The notes under the pieces were generated by a model. The model was not told the DNA's origin. It saw nothing but the letters and a program-made list of their open reading frames with translations, and did not search any database. A stretch of 63,408 nucleotides of DNA, filler included, from Corallochytrium limacisporum Hawaii (taxonomy: Eukaryota; Protista; Pluriformea), in the NCBI GenBank assembly GCA_002811645.1. It is 4 parts of 4 records of this genome, joined end to end, with 100 filler letters (N's around TTAATTAATTAA, not from the genome) between each part and the next. Parts side by side here need not be neighbours in the genome. Positions count along the whole stretch, not along the records: positions 61,205 to 63,408 come from PDIP01000076.1; 3 more parts are not named here. The stretch is one strand, 5' to 3'. Every line of letters starts with the position of its first letter. Position 1 is the stretch's first letter. Shown here piece by piece: positions 63,365 to 63,408 of this stretch. Both the position numbers and the translations under genes were made by a program.

Positions 63365-63408
63365 TTGTGGTTGTGGTTGTGATTGTGGGTTAGGGTTAGG
63401 GTTAGGGT
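63365..63408 (+). repeat. Telomere: degenerate TTGTGG/TTGTGA units followed by (TTAGGG)3 at the sequence end
   Basis: TTAGGG at 63390-63407, G-rich strand running 5' to 3' toward the end. Confidence 0.85.

Overview
Eukaryotic chromosome end from a draft assembly (several N gaps; three carry an artificial TTAATTAATTAA linker), finishing in TTAGGG telomere repeats. The genes are almost all single-exon and include a receptor tyrosine kinase, which points to an intron-poor unicellular holozoan (Corallochytrium-like; this is inference). I support 18 protein genes: prolidase, DHRS4-like SDR, NAF1, a Kelch-EGF receptor tyrosine kinase, TFIIH p44, a DUF4203/TMEM198-like protein, a Popeye-domain protein, MRPL18, an F-BAR-SH3-RPEL-RhoGAP-SH3 protein, a secreted GH114/GH166-like glycosidase, a tail-anchored LEM protein, a membrane S41 peptidase, TUSC2, RPL5, RPL14, a pseudo-USP, ATG7 and a subtelomeric Cys-rich secreted protein. 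Highlights read from the DNA: (1) a TA-flanked DNA-transposon family with a CCAMCCTCTG terminal repeat, one copy of which supplies the last residues, a CaaX-like CLVC end and the stop codon of ATG7; (2) the only intron I found (RPL5) hosts a double-guide box C/D snoRNA of the snR60/SNORD80 type; (3) a 13-bp motif RTASTGAATGTAY recurs about 11 times, and I saw it only in intergenic DNA.
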